A stretch of 64,000 bases of DNA from the NCBI GenBank assembly GCA_015064185.1, contig SVSS01000007.1, forward strand, positions 1,444 through 65,443, written 5' to 3'. How positions within the stretch are numbered: position 1 is the first letter of the stretch; each line of letters starts with the position of its first letter. The notes under the pieces are model-generated. The model saw only the letters and a list, made by a program, of their open reading frames with translations, was not told the origin of the DNA and made no database searches. Made by a program: the position numbers and the translations under genes. Below are positions 6,452-16,030 of the stretch, piece after piece. Source of the DNA: Oscillospiraceae bacterium (GTDB taxonomy: Bacteria > Bacillota > Clostridia > Oscillospirales > CAG-272).

Positions 6452-7750
6452 ATGATGAACACACAAAAGGTACAACGCAAAGAGAAGTTTATTCAGTTTG
6501 GTGAGGGCGGGTTCCTCCGTGGCTTTGCCGATTGGATGATCCAGAAAATGAACGAAAAAACTGATTTTGAGGGTAACGTAGTTGTGGTACAGCCCATTGA
6601 GCAGGGCATGTGCGACATGCTTACCGCACAAAATTGCAATTATACGCATATCATTCGTGGCGCTGAGGGCGTTGAGAAGACGTTTGTTGACGTAATTTCT
6701 CGCTGTGTAAAGCCCTACGAGGATTTTGAGGCGTATCTCGCGCTTGCAGAAAATCCCGATGCACGCTTTATCATCTCCAACACCACCGAGTCGGGTATCG
6801 TGTTTCGCGCTGAGGATAAAATGACCGATGCGCCCCCTGCAAGCTTCCCCGCAAAGCTTACGCTCCTGATGAAGCGTCGCTTTGACAAGGGGCTCGGCGG
6901 CTTTATCCTGATTCCGTGCGAGCTGATTGACCGCAACGGTGACAACCTCAAAAAGACCGTGCTGCAGTATGCAGACCTTTGGAACCTTGGTGCCGATTTT
7001 GCCGCTTGGGTAGAAAAGGAAAATGTATTCTGCAACACGCTTGTTGACCGCATCAACACCGGTTATCCCAAGGGCGAGGCGCTTGACCTTGGCTATGAGG
7101 ATAACATGGTAAACACCTCCGAGTTCTTCCACCTTTGGGTCATTGAAACCGATTACGACCTTGAAAAGGAGCTGCCCTTCACGGCGGCAGGTCTTAACGT
7201 GATCGTTACCAAGGATGCCCTTGAGCGTTACCGCACAAGAAAGGTTCGCATCCTCAACGGCGCACACACCTCTATGGTGCCCTATGCTATGCTTTCGGGC
7301 CTTGAAACTGTTAAGGACTGCATTGAGGATAAGAAGATGAACGAGTTCCTCACCGCTTGCCTGTTTGAGGAGATCATCCCCTCGCTTGATATGGCAAAGG
7401 AAGAGCTTACCGCTTACGCAAAGGACGTGCTTGTTCGTTTCTCGAACCCCTACATTAAGCACTACCTTTCCTCTATTTGCCTCAACTCTGTGAGCAAGTT
7501 TAAGGTGCGTGTGTTGCCCTCGATCCTTGGCTACATCAAGAAGTATAACAAGATGCCCGAGCATCTTTTGTTCTCCTTTGCAAAGCTCATTGAGTTTTAC
7601 AAGAAGGGCACACCCAACGATGCACCCGAAGTAATGGAATACATGAAGAATGCAACCGTGGCCGAGATCCTCTCGAACAAAGAGCTTTGGGGCGAGGATC
7701 TTAGCGCACTGATTCCCGAGGTAGAGAAATATGAGAATTCATCCCTCTGA
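6452..7750 (+). CDS. uxaB: tagaturonate reductase (altronate oxidoreductase)
   Basis: KEKFIQFGEGGFLRGFADWMIQKMNEKTDFEGNVVVVQP is the typical UxaB/mannitol-dehydrogenase-family N-terminus. ATG at 6452 follows GGAAAGG. It overlaps uxaA by 20 nt. Confidence 0.85.
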   Translation: MMNTQKVQRKEKFIQFGEGGFLRGFADWMIQKMNEKTDFEGNVVVVQPIEQGMCDMLTAQNCNYTHIIRGAEGVEKTFVDVISRCVKPYEDFEAYLALAENPDARFIISNTTESGIVFRAEDKMTDAPPASFPAKLTLLMKRRFDKGLGGFILIPCELIDRNGDNLKKTVLQYADLWNLGADFAAWVEKENVFCNTLVDRINTGYPKGEALDLGYEDNMVNTSEFFHLWVIETDYDLEKELPFTAAGLNVIVTKDALERYRTRKVRILNGAHTSMVPYAMLSGLETVKDCIEDKKMNEFLTACLFEEIIPSLDMAKEELTAYAKDVLVRFSNPYIKHYLSSICLNSVSKFKVRVLPSILGYIKKYNKMPEHLLFSFAKLIEFYKKGTPNDAPEVMEYMKNATVAEILSNKELWGEDLSALIPEVEKYENSSL

Positions 7751-9107
7751 TAATGTAGAAGTACGCGCCGACGGTCACAAGTATGCGATCGTGGCGATCA
7801 AGTCGGGCGAGAACGTGATTAAATACGGCTTTCCCATTGGTCATGCTACCAAGGATATTGCGGTAGGGGATAAGGTTTCTCCCGCAAACCTGCGCTCCAA
7901 TCTTGCAGGCATGGGCGATTGGGTATACGATCCCGCAAAAACCGTTGAGGTTGGCACCAAGGCAGGCACGTTTATGGGGTACGTACGCGCAAACGGTGAC
8001 GTTGGCGTTCGTAACGAGCTGTTTGTTGTACCTACTGTTGGTTGTATCAATGACGTGGCAAAGGCATTGGCAGAGAAAAGCGGTGCTAAGGCGTTAACAC
8101 ATCCTTACGGCTGCTCTCAGCTTGGCGGTGACCTTGAAACCACGCAAAAAATTCTTGCCGGTCTTATTACGCACCCCAATGTTGGCGGTGTGCTTGTGCT
8201 CGGTCTTGGCTGTGAGAACAACCTCATGATCGATCAAAAGCGTGCACTTGGTGCATACGATGAAAAGCGCGTGCGCTTTCTTACTATTCAGGAGTGCGAG
8301 GATGAAATGGCAGAGGGCCTTGCCATCCTTAACGAGCTCCGTGAGCAGATGAAAAACGACGTGCGCGTTGAGGTTCCGCTCTCCAAGCTCCGCGTAGCAG
8401 TAAAGTGCGGCGGCAGTGACGGCTACAGCGGCATTACGGCAAATCCGCTTGTGGGCAGAACCATGGAGATCTTTGCGGCATACGGTTCAACCGTTTTGAT
8501 GTCTGAGATGCCCGAGGTGTTCGGCGCAGAGCAGCTTCTCCTTTCCTTTAGCAAGGATAAAGAAGCGTTTGACTGCAGTGCCGGTATGATCCGCCGCTTC
8601 AGACAGTACTTTATCGACCACGGAGAGGGCATTGCCGACAATCCCTCGCCCGGTAATATTGCAGGCGGTATTTCCACGCTTGAGGAAAAGTCGCTTGGTT
8701 GCGTGCAAAAGGCAGGCAAGGTACCGCTTTGCGGCGCGCTTGAGTTTGGTGAGGTTCCCCCCGCTGACGGCGGTCTTTACCTCGTCAACGGTCCCGGCAA
8801 CGATATGGTGGCCGTGACCAATCTGACGGCATCGGGCGCACACATCATTCTCTTTACCACAGGCCGTGGCACGCCCCTGTCGGGTGTCGTTCCCACGATG
8901 AAGATCTCTACCAATACGCCACTTGCTATGAAGAAGCCGCATTGGATCGATTACAATGCGGGTAGCCTGATGGACGGCGCTGACATGAACGAGCTTGCAG
9001 CAGGTCTTTTTGAACTTTGCCTTGACGTCGCGAACGGTAAGGAAACCAAGAGCGAGGAGCGCGGATATTACGACATTGCCATTTTCAAGGATGGCGTAAC
9101 GCTGTAA
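7731..9107 (+). CDS. uxaA: altronate dehydratase
   Basis: SAF-type N-terminus MRIHPSDNVEV...IKSGENVIKYGFPIGHAT, plus a C-terminal half of the D-galactarate/altronate dehydratase type. Flanked by uxaB and uxaC. Confidence 0.9.
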   Translation: MRIHPSDNVEVRADGHKYAIVAIKSGENVIKYGFPIGHATKDIAVGDKVSPANLRSNLAGMGDWVYDPAKTVEVGTKAGTFMGYVRANGDVGVRNELFVVPTVGCINDVAKALAEKSGAKALTHPYGCSQLGGDLETTQKILAGLITHPNVGGVLVLGLGCENNLMIDQKRALGAYDEKRVRFLTIQECEDEMAEGLAILNELREQMKNDVRVEVPLSKLRVAVKCGGSDGYSGITANPLVGRTMEIFAAYGSTVLMSEMPEVFGAEQLLLSFSKDKEAFDCSAGMIRRFRQYFIDHGEGIADNPSPGNIAGGISTLEEKSLGCVQKAGKVPLCGALEFGEVPPADGGLYLVNGPGNDMVAVTNLTASGAHIILFTTGRGTPLSGVVPTMKISTNTPLAMKKPHWIDYNAGSLMDGADMNELAAGLFELCLDVANGKETKSEERGYYDIAIFKDGVTL

Positions 9108-9129
9108 ATAACTGAAACGGAGAAATAAA

Positions 9130-10524
9130 ATGAGTTACATTAAGGAAAACTTTTTGCTGACCAATAAAACTGCAGAAAAGCTGTATTTTGAGCATGCCAA
9201 AAACATGCCCATCTTCGATTACCACTGCCACCTGCCCGAAAAGCAGATCCTTGAAAATAAGCCCTTTGGCGACGTGTTTGAGGTTTGGCTTGCGGGTGAC
9301 CACTATAAGTGGCGTCTGATGCGTAACTACGGCATTGATGAGCAGTATATTACGGGCAATGCTTCTAACAAAGAGAAGTTTATGACTTACTGCCGTGTGC
9401 TTGGCACCGCCTTTGGTAACCCCCTGTACCACTGGTCGCAGGTGGAGCTCAAGGAGTTCTTCGGTTGCGAAAAGGAGATCAACGAGGCAAATGCCGAGGC
9501 GATCTGGGACGAGTGCAACGCTTACATCAAGGATAACGCTATCACCCCTCAAAAGCTGATCGAGTGCTCCAACGTAAAGCACCTTTACACTACCAATGAG
9601 ATCTTTGACGACCTCACCACCTTTGAGGAGATCGCCAAGAAGGATTATAAGTTTACGGTAAATCCTGCGTTCCGTGCTGACCGCATCATGAACATTGATG
9701 CCGCACCCTACAAGAGCTACATCGCACGTGTTGAGGCACTCACGCACCCCATCAATACCCTTGCCGATCTTGAGCGCGCTATCGAGCAGCGCTTGCAGGC
9801 GTTTATTGCCGTTGGCTGCCGCGCCAGCGACATTGCGCTTGAAAAGGTTTGTGCAGTAGCTGATCCTGCAGATGCCGCAGCAGTTTTTGCTAAGGTAATG
9901 GTAGGCGAGGCACCCACTGCCGCTGAGGCTGAGATCTTTAAGGGCTACTTTACCTACTTCCTCATGAAGCTTTACGCAAAATACGGTATCGCTACCGAGC
10001 TGCACCTTGGTGCAATGCGTGACAACAACGCGATCATGATGGAGCGCCTTGGTCACGACACAGGCTTTGACAGCATTTCCGATACGAACAGCATTGGACT
10101 GTTGTCAAGATTGCTTGACCGCCTCAACGTTGAGGGCAGCCTGCCTAAGACCATTCTCTTTAACCTCAACCCCAAGATGAACTGCGAGATGATGACGCTC
10201 ATCGGCTGCTTCCAGTCGAGTGAGGCACGCGGCAAGATGCAGTACGGTCCTGCTTGGTGGTTCCTTGATAACAAGGTTGGCATGGAAAGACATCTTGAGG
10301 ATCTGACCGCAACGGGTCACCTTGCTGTGTTCGTTGGTATGCTTACCGACAGCCGTTCCTTGCTTTCTTACCCCCGTCACCATTATTTCCGCCGTATTCT
10401 TTGCAACTATCTCGGTGATATGATGGAGAAGGGTCAGATGACAAACGATATGGCACTTGTTGGTAAGGTGGTTGAGGATATCAGCTACAATAACTCTGTT
10501 GCTTACTTCGGAATGAAGGACTAA
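9130..10524 (+). CDS. uxaC: glucuronate isomerase
   Basis: N-terminus MSYIKENFLLTNKTAEKLYFEHAKNMPIFDYHCHL is characteristic of UxaC. 464 aa. Confidence 0.92.
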   Translation: MSYIKENFLLTNKTAEKLYFEHAKNMPIFDYHCHLPEKQILENKPFGDVFEVWLAGDHYKWRLMRNYGIDEQYITGNASNKEKFMTYCRVLGTAFGNPLYHWSQVELKEFFGCEKEINEANAEAIWDECNAYIKDNAITPQKLIECSNVKHLYTTNEIFDDLTTFEEIAKKDYKFTVNPAFRADRIMNIDAAPYKSYIARVEALTHPINTLADLERAIEQRLQAFIAVGCRASDIALEKVCAVADPADAAAVFAKVMVGEAPTAAEAEIFKGYFTYFLMKLYAKYGIATELHLGAMRDNNAIMMERLGHDTGFDSISDTNSIGLLSRLLDRLNVEGSLPKTILFNLNPKMNCEMMTLIGCFQSSEARGKMQYGPAWWFLDNKVGMERHLEDLTATGHLAVFVGMLTDSRSLLSYPRHHYFRRILCNYLGDMMEKGQMTNDMALVGKVVEDISYNNSVAYFGMKD

Positions 10525-10533
10525 CCTATTTTA

Positions 10534-10576
10534 TGACGCTTGTCTTGACTGCTGTCAAGGCAAGCGTCAGTTTTTT
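10534..10576 (+). terminator. intrinsic terminator after uxaC
   Basis: TGACGCTTG...CAAGCGTCA stem followed by T6. Confidence 0.8.
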
Positions 10577-10662
10577 GTGCCCAAAAGTTTGAAAAAGGTC
10601 TTTCCAAACACACTTTTTTGTGTTATACTAATATAAATATGTAATGAAGGGGGGCGGAGCCT

Positions 10663-12555
10663 GTGGAAAATTTTGATGCGTACAAATTGCTTGGCAAAAT
10701 TGATTCACCAAGTGATCTTAAGGCACTTGCCGCGGCAGACCTGCCCCTGCTTGCTTCAGAGATACGGCAGCATTTATCTTACCGCGTGCGCGAAAACGGC
10801 GGGCATCTTTCCTCCAATCTTGGCGTGGTGGAGCTTACCATGGCGATCCACCGCGTATTTTCCACTCCCCACGATCATGTGATCTTTGATGTGGGGCATC
10901 AAAGCTACGTGCATAAGCTCCTCACGGGCAGAAAAGAGCAATTTGATACCTTGCGCCAAGCAGGGGGGCTTTCGGGCTTTACCAAGCGCGCTGAGAGCGA
11001 GCACGATGCCTTTGGTGCAGGTCACAGCTCTACGGCAATTTCCGCCGCGATCGGTATGGCAACGGCAGATGCTCTTAATGGGAGTGATGCCTATACCGTG
11101 GCAGTCGTCGGTGATGGGGCGCTTACGGGCGGCCTTGCCTATGAGGGGCTGAATAATTGCCGCGGCGACCTTCGCCTTATCATTATAATTAACGAAAACG
11201 AGATGTCCATTTCTCCCAATACGGGTGGACTTTCCGAGCATCTTTCGCGCATCCGCAGCTCGAAAAAATATATCAGTGCAAAGGCATTTACCGCACGCAC
11301 ACTGCGCCGTGTGCCCATTATTGGACGTGCGTTGTATGCGTTGTTGCGCTTTTTCAAAAAGCAGCTTAAGCACCTGTTATATCAAGAAAATTTGTTTGAG
11401 CAAATGGGGCTTCGCTATTACGGTCCTCTTGACGGCAATGACACCGAGGGGCTTATCGCATCACTTTCCTATGCAAAGCAACGCGGTGGCAGCACCGTAC
11501 TGCATGTAAAGACCCAAAAGGGCATGGGTGACAGTGAGGCGGAGGCAAATCCCGATCTTTATCACGGTGTTGCGCCGCAGGGAAAGGAAAACACCACGCC
11601 CACCTTCTCAGAGCATTTTGGCAAGACACTTTGTCACATGGCGGGGGAGGATCCCGAGCTTTGCGCCATTACCGCGGCCATGAGCTACGGCACGGGGCTT
11701 GAGCCCTTTCGTGCGGCATACCCCAAGCGCTTTTTTGACGTTGGCATTGCCGAGGGGCATGCCGTTACCTTTGCGGCAGGTCTTGGGGCAGGCGGCAAGA
11801 TCCCTGTGGTGGCGCTTTATTCAACCTTTTTACAGCGCGCGTATGACAATGTTTTGCATGATGCCGCGCTACAGCACCTACCCCTTATTTTGGCAATCGA
11901 CCGCGCAGGCTTTTCCGCGGCAGACGGCCCAACGCATCACGGTGTATATGATGTGTCGCTCCTTTCGGGCATTGCGGGTGTTTGCATATTTGCACCTGTT
12001 ATGGGTGTGGGGATCGCGGCTTCTCTTCATGCCGCGCGCAAAAGGGGCGGTGTTTGTGCCATTCGATACCCAAGCGGTATTGCAAATCGATCCATTGTGG
12101 AAGCTTTTTATCCCACGGGCGCGAGTGAGCTTGAAGTGCCGCGCGTGCGCGTGTGGGAAAGCGACAGCTCGCCTCGTGCAACTATAGTGACGCACGGACG
12201 CATTGCAGATCAGGCACTTGCGGCGGCACGTGCACTGCTTGAGGAAGGCATTGCTGTGCGTATTTTGCTTTGTGAATATCTCGCACCCTACGAAGAGCTC
12301 GCTGCCGAGGTTGCCCCCCTTTTGGCGGGTGATGCGCTGGTGCTTTATGAGGAGGAGATCCGCTCGGGCGGCTTTGGAGAAAACCTTGCGTCAGCGCTCA
12401 AAAATCATGGTGCGCTGCATGAAAATTATGCCATTGTTGCGGCTGAAAACGGCTTTGTAACGCCCACAAGCGGGCAAACGGTGTGGCAGGCGGCAGGCGT
12501 GGATGCCGAGGCACTTTGCCGTACTCTGCGCGATCTTTTAAAGAATAAACAGTAA
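10663..12555 (+). CDS. dxs: 1-deoxy-D-xylulose-5-phosphate synthase
   Basis: 630 aa. GHLSSNLGVVELT and the GDGALTGG ThDP motif. GTG start after GAAGGGGGG. Confidence 0.93.
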   Translation: MENFDAYKLLGKIDSPSDLKALAAADLPLLASEIRQHLSYRVRENGGHLSSNLGVVELTMAIHRVFSTPHDHVIFDVGHQSYVHKLLTGRKEQFDTLRQAGGLSGFTKRAESEHDAFGAGHSSTAISAAIGMATADALNGSDAYTVAVVGDGALTGGLAYEGLNNCRGDLRLIIIINENEMSISPNTGGLSEHLSRIRSSKKYISAKAFTARTLRRVPIIGRALYALLRFFKKQLKHLLYQENLFEQMGLRYYGPLDGNDTEGLIASLSYAKQRGGSTVLHVKTQKGMGDSEAEANPDLYHGVAPQGKENTTPTFSEHFGKTLCHMAGEDPELCAITAAMSYGTGLEPFRAAYPKRFFDVGIAEGHAVTFAAGLGAGGKIPVVALYSTFLQRAYDNVLHDAALQHLPLILAIDRAGFSAADGPTHHGVYDVSLLSGIAGVCIFAPVMGVGIAASLHAARKRGGVCAIRYPSGIANRSIVEAFYPTGASELEVPRVRVWESDSSPRATIVTHGRIADQALAAARALLEEGIAVRILLCEYLAPYEELAAEVAPLLAGDALVLYEEEIRSGGFGENLASALKNHGALHENYAIVAAENGFVTPTSGQTVWQAAGVDAEALCRTLRDLLKNKQ

Positions 12556-12568
12556 GGAGATAAGGCAG

Positions 12569-13195
12569 ATGATTTTACTCGAACGCACCTCTGTAATGAA
12601 TTTTGAAAACGCCATTCGCGGCGCACGCAACCCTATGAACAGCTGGGCCCGCATGGATAGCACGTATGACGAAAACGGCAACTTTTTGCTTGGAGAAAAC
12701 GATCTTGATCTTGCAAAGCGCCTCGCGCACGCGGGGAGTGATCACCGTAAGTATTTGCGTCAGGTCTTCGTTTCGGTAGATATTACCGCCCCTCTTTATT
12801 GGTGGAAGGAATTTGATACTTATAAGGTAGGCACGGTGGCAAATTCCACCTCTACCATGCACAAGATCCACGCAAAGGCATTTGAGCGTGATGATTTTTC
12901 CCACGATCGACTTGATGAGGGCGGACTTGCGGCGCTGGATGCGCTGATCGCTTATCTTGAGTGCGAGCGAGAGAAATTTGTAGAGGATAAGGCGAACAAG
13001 CAGGCATGGCACAACATGATCCAGCTTTTGCCCTCCTCGTATAATCAAATGCGCACGGTTACCATGAATTATGAAAACCTCATCAACATTTATTACGCGC
13101 GCCGTTCGCACAAGCTTGCCGAGTGGCACACGCTTTGCGATTGGATCATGTCCTTGCCCTATGCAAAGGAACTGATTGCCGTAAAAGAAAATTAA
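12569..13195 (+). CDS. ThyX-fold (Thy1-like) protein lacking the canonical RHRxxS motif
   Basis: HAGSDHRKYLRQVFVSVDITAPLYWWKEFDTYKVGTVANSTSTMH aligns by eye to the ThyX segment HGHETPFEH..F.F.V.AP.FV.RQW.RHR.AS.NE.SGRY, but RHR is replaced by DTYK. The C-terminal MRTVTMNYENLINIYYARRSHKLAEW resembles ThyX ..N.RSL.NF..LR...HAQWE. Confidence 0.55.
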   Translation: MILLERTSVMNFENAIRGARNPMNSWARMDSTYDENGNFLLGENDLDLAKRLAHAGSDHRKYLRQVFVSVDITAPLYWWKEFDTYKVGTVANSTSTMHKIHAKAFERDDFSHDRLDEGGLAALDALIAYLECEREKFVEDKANKQAWHNMIQLLPSSYNQMRTVTMNYENLINIYYARRSHKLAEWHTLCDWIMSLPYAKELIAVKEN

Positions 13196-13199
13196 AATA

Positions 13200-13229
13200 A
13201 GGGTGGCAGCTGTTTATAGCTGCCACCCT
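13200..13229 (+). terminator. hairpin after the dxs / thyX-like pair
   Basis: AGGGTGGCAGCT-GTTTA-TAGCTGCCACCCT, with a weak T tract after it. Confidence 0.6.
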
Positions 13230-13329
13230 TGTGATTTCAAAGGCAAGAGAGGGAAATATTTCCAATATTTGAATAAAAAATAACTGCGTTGGGTATCCTT
13301 TTCGTATCGATAACCAAAGGAGTTATTTT

Positions 13330-13935
13330 ATGAAACGTGCATTTGGATTTTTTTTGGCGGCGATGCTTCTTGTAGCCGCGTTTGCTATTTTGCCAATACA
13401 CGGAGAGGCGGCAGTTTATGACAGCGTGATACGCTTACACGTGCTTGCCAATTCCGATAGTGAGGAGGATCAAGCACTGAAGCTTACCGTGCGTGACGCA
13501 GTGCTCCAAAAGACGCAGGAAATATTAAAGGACGTTACCATACGTGAGGAGGCGGAGCAGATCCTTCGGGAAAACCTTGAAGTGATCCGCCTTAGTGCCG
13601 AGGCTTGCGTGCGAAAGCATGGGAGTAGCGATGCGGTTGCGGTTTCGCTCGGTGAGGAGAACTACCCCACAAGAGAGTATGAAAATCTTGCTTTCCCCAG
13701 CGGAGAGTATCTTTCGCTGCGCGTGATGATCGGAGAGGCGCAGGGGCAAAATTGGTGGTGCGTGCTCTTTCCCCCACTTTGCCTGTCTGCCGCCACCACC
13801 AAGGCAGAGGCAGAGGAGATCTTTCTTTCAGCGGGTTTGACGGAGCAGCAGTATCGCATTATTACGGATAGTGATAATGGCAAGTACAAGCTCAGGTTTA
13901 AGATATTAGAGGTAGCGCAGAATCTGTTTGACTAA
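13330..13935 (+). CDS. spoIIR: stage II sporulation protein R
   Basis: Signal-anchor N-terminus. VIRLHVLANSDSEEDQALKLTVRDAVL and NWWCVLFPPLC are typical SpoIIR motifs. Confidence 0.85.
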   Translation: MKRAFGFFLAAMLLVAAFAILPIHGEAAVYDSVIRLHVLANSDSEEDQALKLTVRDAVLQKTQEILKDVTIREEAEQILRENLEVIRLSAEACVRKHGSSDAVAVSLGEENYPTREYENLAFPSGEYLSLRVMIGEAQGQNWWCVLFPPLCLSAATTKAEAEEIFLSAGLTEQQYRIITDSDNGKYKLRFKILEVAQNLFD

Positions 13936-13946
13936 GCAACGGTAGT

Positions 13947-13989
13947 AAAAGAGCGGGCTCTTACTTTTTAGTAAGAGCCCGCTCTTTTT
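13947..13989. terminator. bidirectional terminator between spoIIR and the CPBP protease gene
   Basis: AAAAGAGCGGGCTCTTAC-loop-GTAAGAGCCCGCTCTTTTT, with A-run and T-run on both sides. Confidence 0.85.
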
Positions 13990-13993
13990 GGAG

Positions 13994-14920
13994 TTAAAGC
14001 ATAACAAACCCCGCAATGGAAAGTGCGAAGCAAAGAATGATCGCGGGGTCGGAAAGTGCATCGAGCACGGTGTGAAATTGCACATTGTAAGGCACGGCGC
14101 GGCGCGGATCTTGAATGCCTTGCTCATCACGCATGCGGTAAATGCGTGCGCACGCGCGGCAGAAAAAGAGCAGCGAGGCAAGGAGCATAACGACAAAGAT
14201 AAACAGGAAAAGCTGCACCGTTCCCGTATATTCGTACAAGGCGTTCAGATAACGCTGTGCGACCAAGGAGAGCACATTATAAAGGACATGTAAAATAACC
14301 GTTGCCCAAAGCGAGTTTGTGGCGTAAAGCACTAAGCAGAGCAGAACCCCTGCGTATAGGTAAGAGAGCAGATTGGAAATATCGAAATGCAGGAGTGCGA
14401 AAAGCAGTGCGCTCATCAACACCGCACGAAAGGCGCCGCGGCGCTCATATTCTACGGCAATAATACCGCGGAAGAAAAATTCCTCAAGGAGCGCGGGGAG
14501 TATTGCACCGCCGATCAGTAAAAGGAATGCCTCAAACGCCCCTTCGGGTTGTGAGGTGTCAAAGGAAAGCACGCTATTGCCAAGCGTTTCCATGCCGCCC
14601 GTCAGCAAGGAAAGCAGCAAGCAGCCCGAAAACAGCGCAAAAAATGCGGCAATCATCAAGGGTGTGCATCTGCCACGCGGAAAATGTAAGCGGAGCGCGG
14701 CGGTATAGCCGTTTCCGCGAAAGCACACATAGGCAAGGGCGGGCAGTAAAAATGCCACACACGCAACAACAGGGGCGTTAAGCCAGGTTACGCTTGCAAA
14801 GGGCAAGCGATCGGCAAACAAACGGTAAAAAAACAGCAAAAGGAAGGCGGCAAGTGCCATAAATCCTACCGTGCGTCGCTCTTTTTTGTAGGGCGGACGC
14901 TCGGGAATCCATTTTGACAT
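13994..14920 (-). CDS. CPBP family (CAAX/Abi) intramembrane metalloprotease
   Basis: Multi-TM protein with EEFFFRG and FALLH motifs. Confidence 0.8.
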   Translation of the reverse strand: MSKWIPERPPYKKERRTVGFMALAAFLLLFFYRLFADRLPFASVTWLNAPVVACVAFLLPALAYVCFRGNGYTAALRLHFPRGRCTPLMIAAFFALFSGCLLLSLLTGGMETLGNSVLSFDTSQPEGAFEAFLLLIGGAILPALLEEFFFRGIIAVEYERRGAFRAVLMSALLFALLHFDISNLLSYLYAGVLLCLVLYATNSLWATVILHVLYNVLSLVAQRYLNALYEYTGTVQLFLFIFVVMLLASLLFFCRACARIYRMRDEQGIQDPRRAVPYNVQFHTVLDALSDPAIILCFALSIAGFVML

Positions 14921-14921
14921 A

Positions 14922-15476
14922 TCAAAGCGCTCCTTTCTCAGTCATAATGCTTTTGGGATCAATTAAAAAGTCGTATGCACCATGCGGCAGGGTGTCAAAA
15001 ACAAACTGCTCGTAAAGCGCAAACAGTGTTTTGCCCTCAAAATGGGGCAAAAAGCGGTCATAAAAGCCGCCGCCGTAGCCAAGTCTGGTGCCATCTCTTG
15101 CGGCGGCAAGGCCTGGCACTAGGCAAAGCGTGCGTGCGGTGGGGGCTACCTCTTGTGCATCGTTGCCGGGGGCTAAAATGCCAAAGCGATCGGGTGTGAG
15201 GCACGCTTGCTCTGTATAAAGCAGAAAACGCATGCCGTTTTTATCGCAACGTGGCAAATATACAGGAATGTCGCGCGACTCTGCAAGCGCCAAAAGGGGC
15301 GTAAGGTCGGGCTCTCCCCGTATGGGCAGATAGCAAAGCAGCGCATTTGCCGAAAGGAATGCCGGGTGCTCTGCTATGTGTTTTACAAGCGCTGCATCAA
15401 GTCGTGCCTTTTCCTCGCTTGAAATGGCCTTTCGCTTTGCTAAAAGCTCGGCACGTAGTGCTTTTTTGTCTGTCAT
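14922..15476 (-). CDS. 5-formyltetrahydrofolate cyclo-ligase
   Basis: MTDKKALRAELLAKRKAIS... and the GYGGGFYDRFL motif. Start moved to the ATG at 15476, 5 nt after the upstream gene's stop. Confidence 0.8.
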   Translation of the reverse strand: MTDKKALRAELLAKRKAISSEEKARLDAALVKHIAEHPAFLSANALLCYLPIRGEPDLTPLLALAESRDIPVYLPRCDKNGMRFLLYTEQACLTPDRFGILAPGNDAQEVAPTARTLCLVPGLAAARDGTRLGYGGGFYDRFLPHFEGKTLFALYEQFVFDTLPHGAYDFLIDPKSIMTEKGAL

Positions 15477-15480
15477 AGCG

Positions 15481-16020
15481 TCAGTCGGCAATAACTGCGC
15501 GGCGCAGCTCCTTGGCGGCATCCTGCCCCTTGAGCGCCTCTACCAGCGCAAGACCAAATTCAAGTGCTACGCCCATGCCTGCGGCAGTAATGATGTTTCC
15601 GTCACGCACTACGCGCTTGCTTGAGATGTTAGCCCCTGTAAGGTGACCTTCAAATCCGGGATAGCAGATCGCCTCCTTGCCCGCAAGCAGGCCGCGGTGT
15701 CCCAAAACCATGGGGGCGGCACAAATGGCGGCAATAAAGCTACCGTGGCGCACGGCCGCCTTCAGGGCGGTATCTACCACGCGGCTTTCATCAAGGTGCT
15801 TCGCGCCGGGCATGCCGCCGGGGAGAATGATCATGTCGGGGTTACTGTCGGCATACATACCCTCGGGAATATCTGCCGCTACGGTAATGCCGTGTGATCC
15901 GCAGATCATTTCACCGCCAATGCCAACCGTTGTAACCTCAAGCCCCGCACGGCGCAAAAGATCTAGGGGGCAAAGTGCCTCGATCTCCTCAAATCCGTTT
16001 GCCAAAAACAAATAGATCAT
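15481..16020 (-). CDS. DJ-1/PfpI family protein
   Basis: MIYLFLANGFEEIE... and the FIAAICAAP nucleophile-elbow cysteine. Start moved to the ATG at 16020. Confidence 0.85.
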   Translation of the reverse strand: MIYLFLANGFEEIEALCPLDLLRRAGLEVTTVGIGGEMICGSHGITVAADIPEGMYADSNPDMIILPGGMPGAKHLDESRVVDTALKAAVRHGSFIAAICAAPMVLGHRGLLAGKEAICYPGFEGHLTGANISSKRVVRDGNIITAAGMGVALEFGLALVEALKGQDAAKELRRAVIAD

Positions 16021-16030
16021 ACGTTGCTCC

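Noticed and set aside
6437-10056. Long minus-strand ORFs 6437-7564 (375 aa), 8487-8942 and 9085-10056 (323 aa)
   Set aside because: They are antisense shadows of uxaB, uxaA and uxaC. The plus-strand products carry the characteristic family N-termini. The antisense translations have no motifs or RBS.
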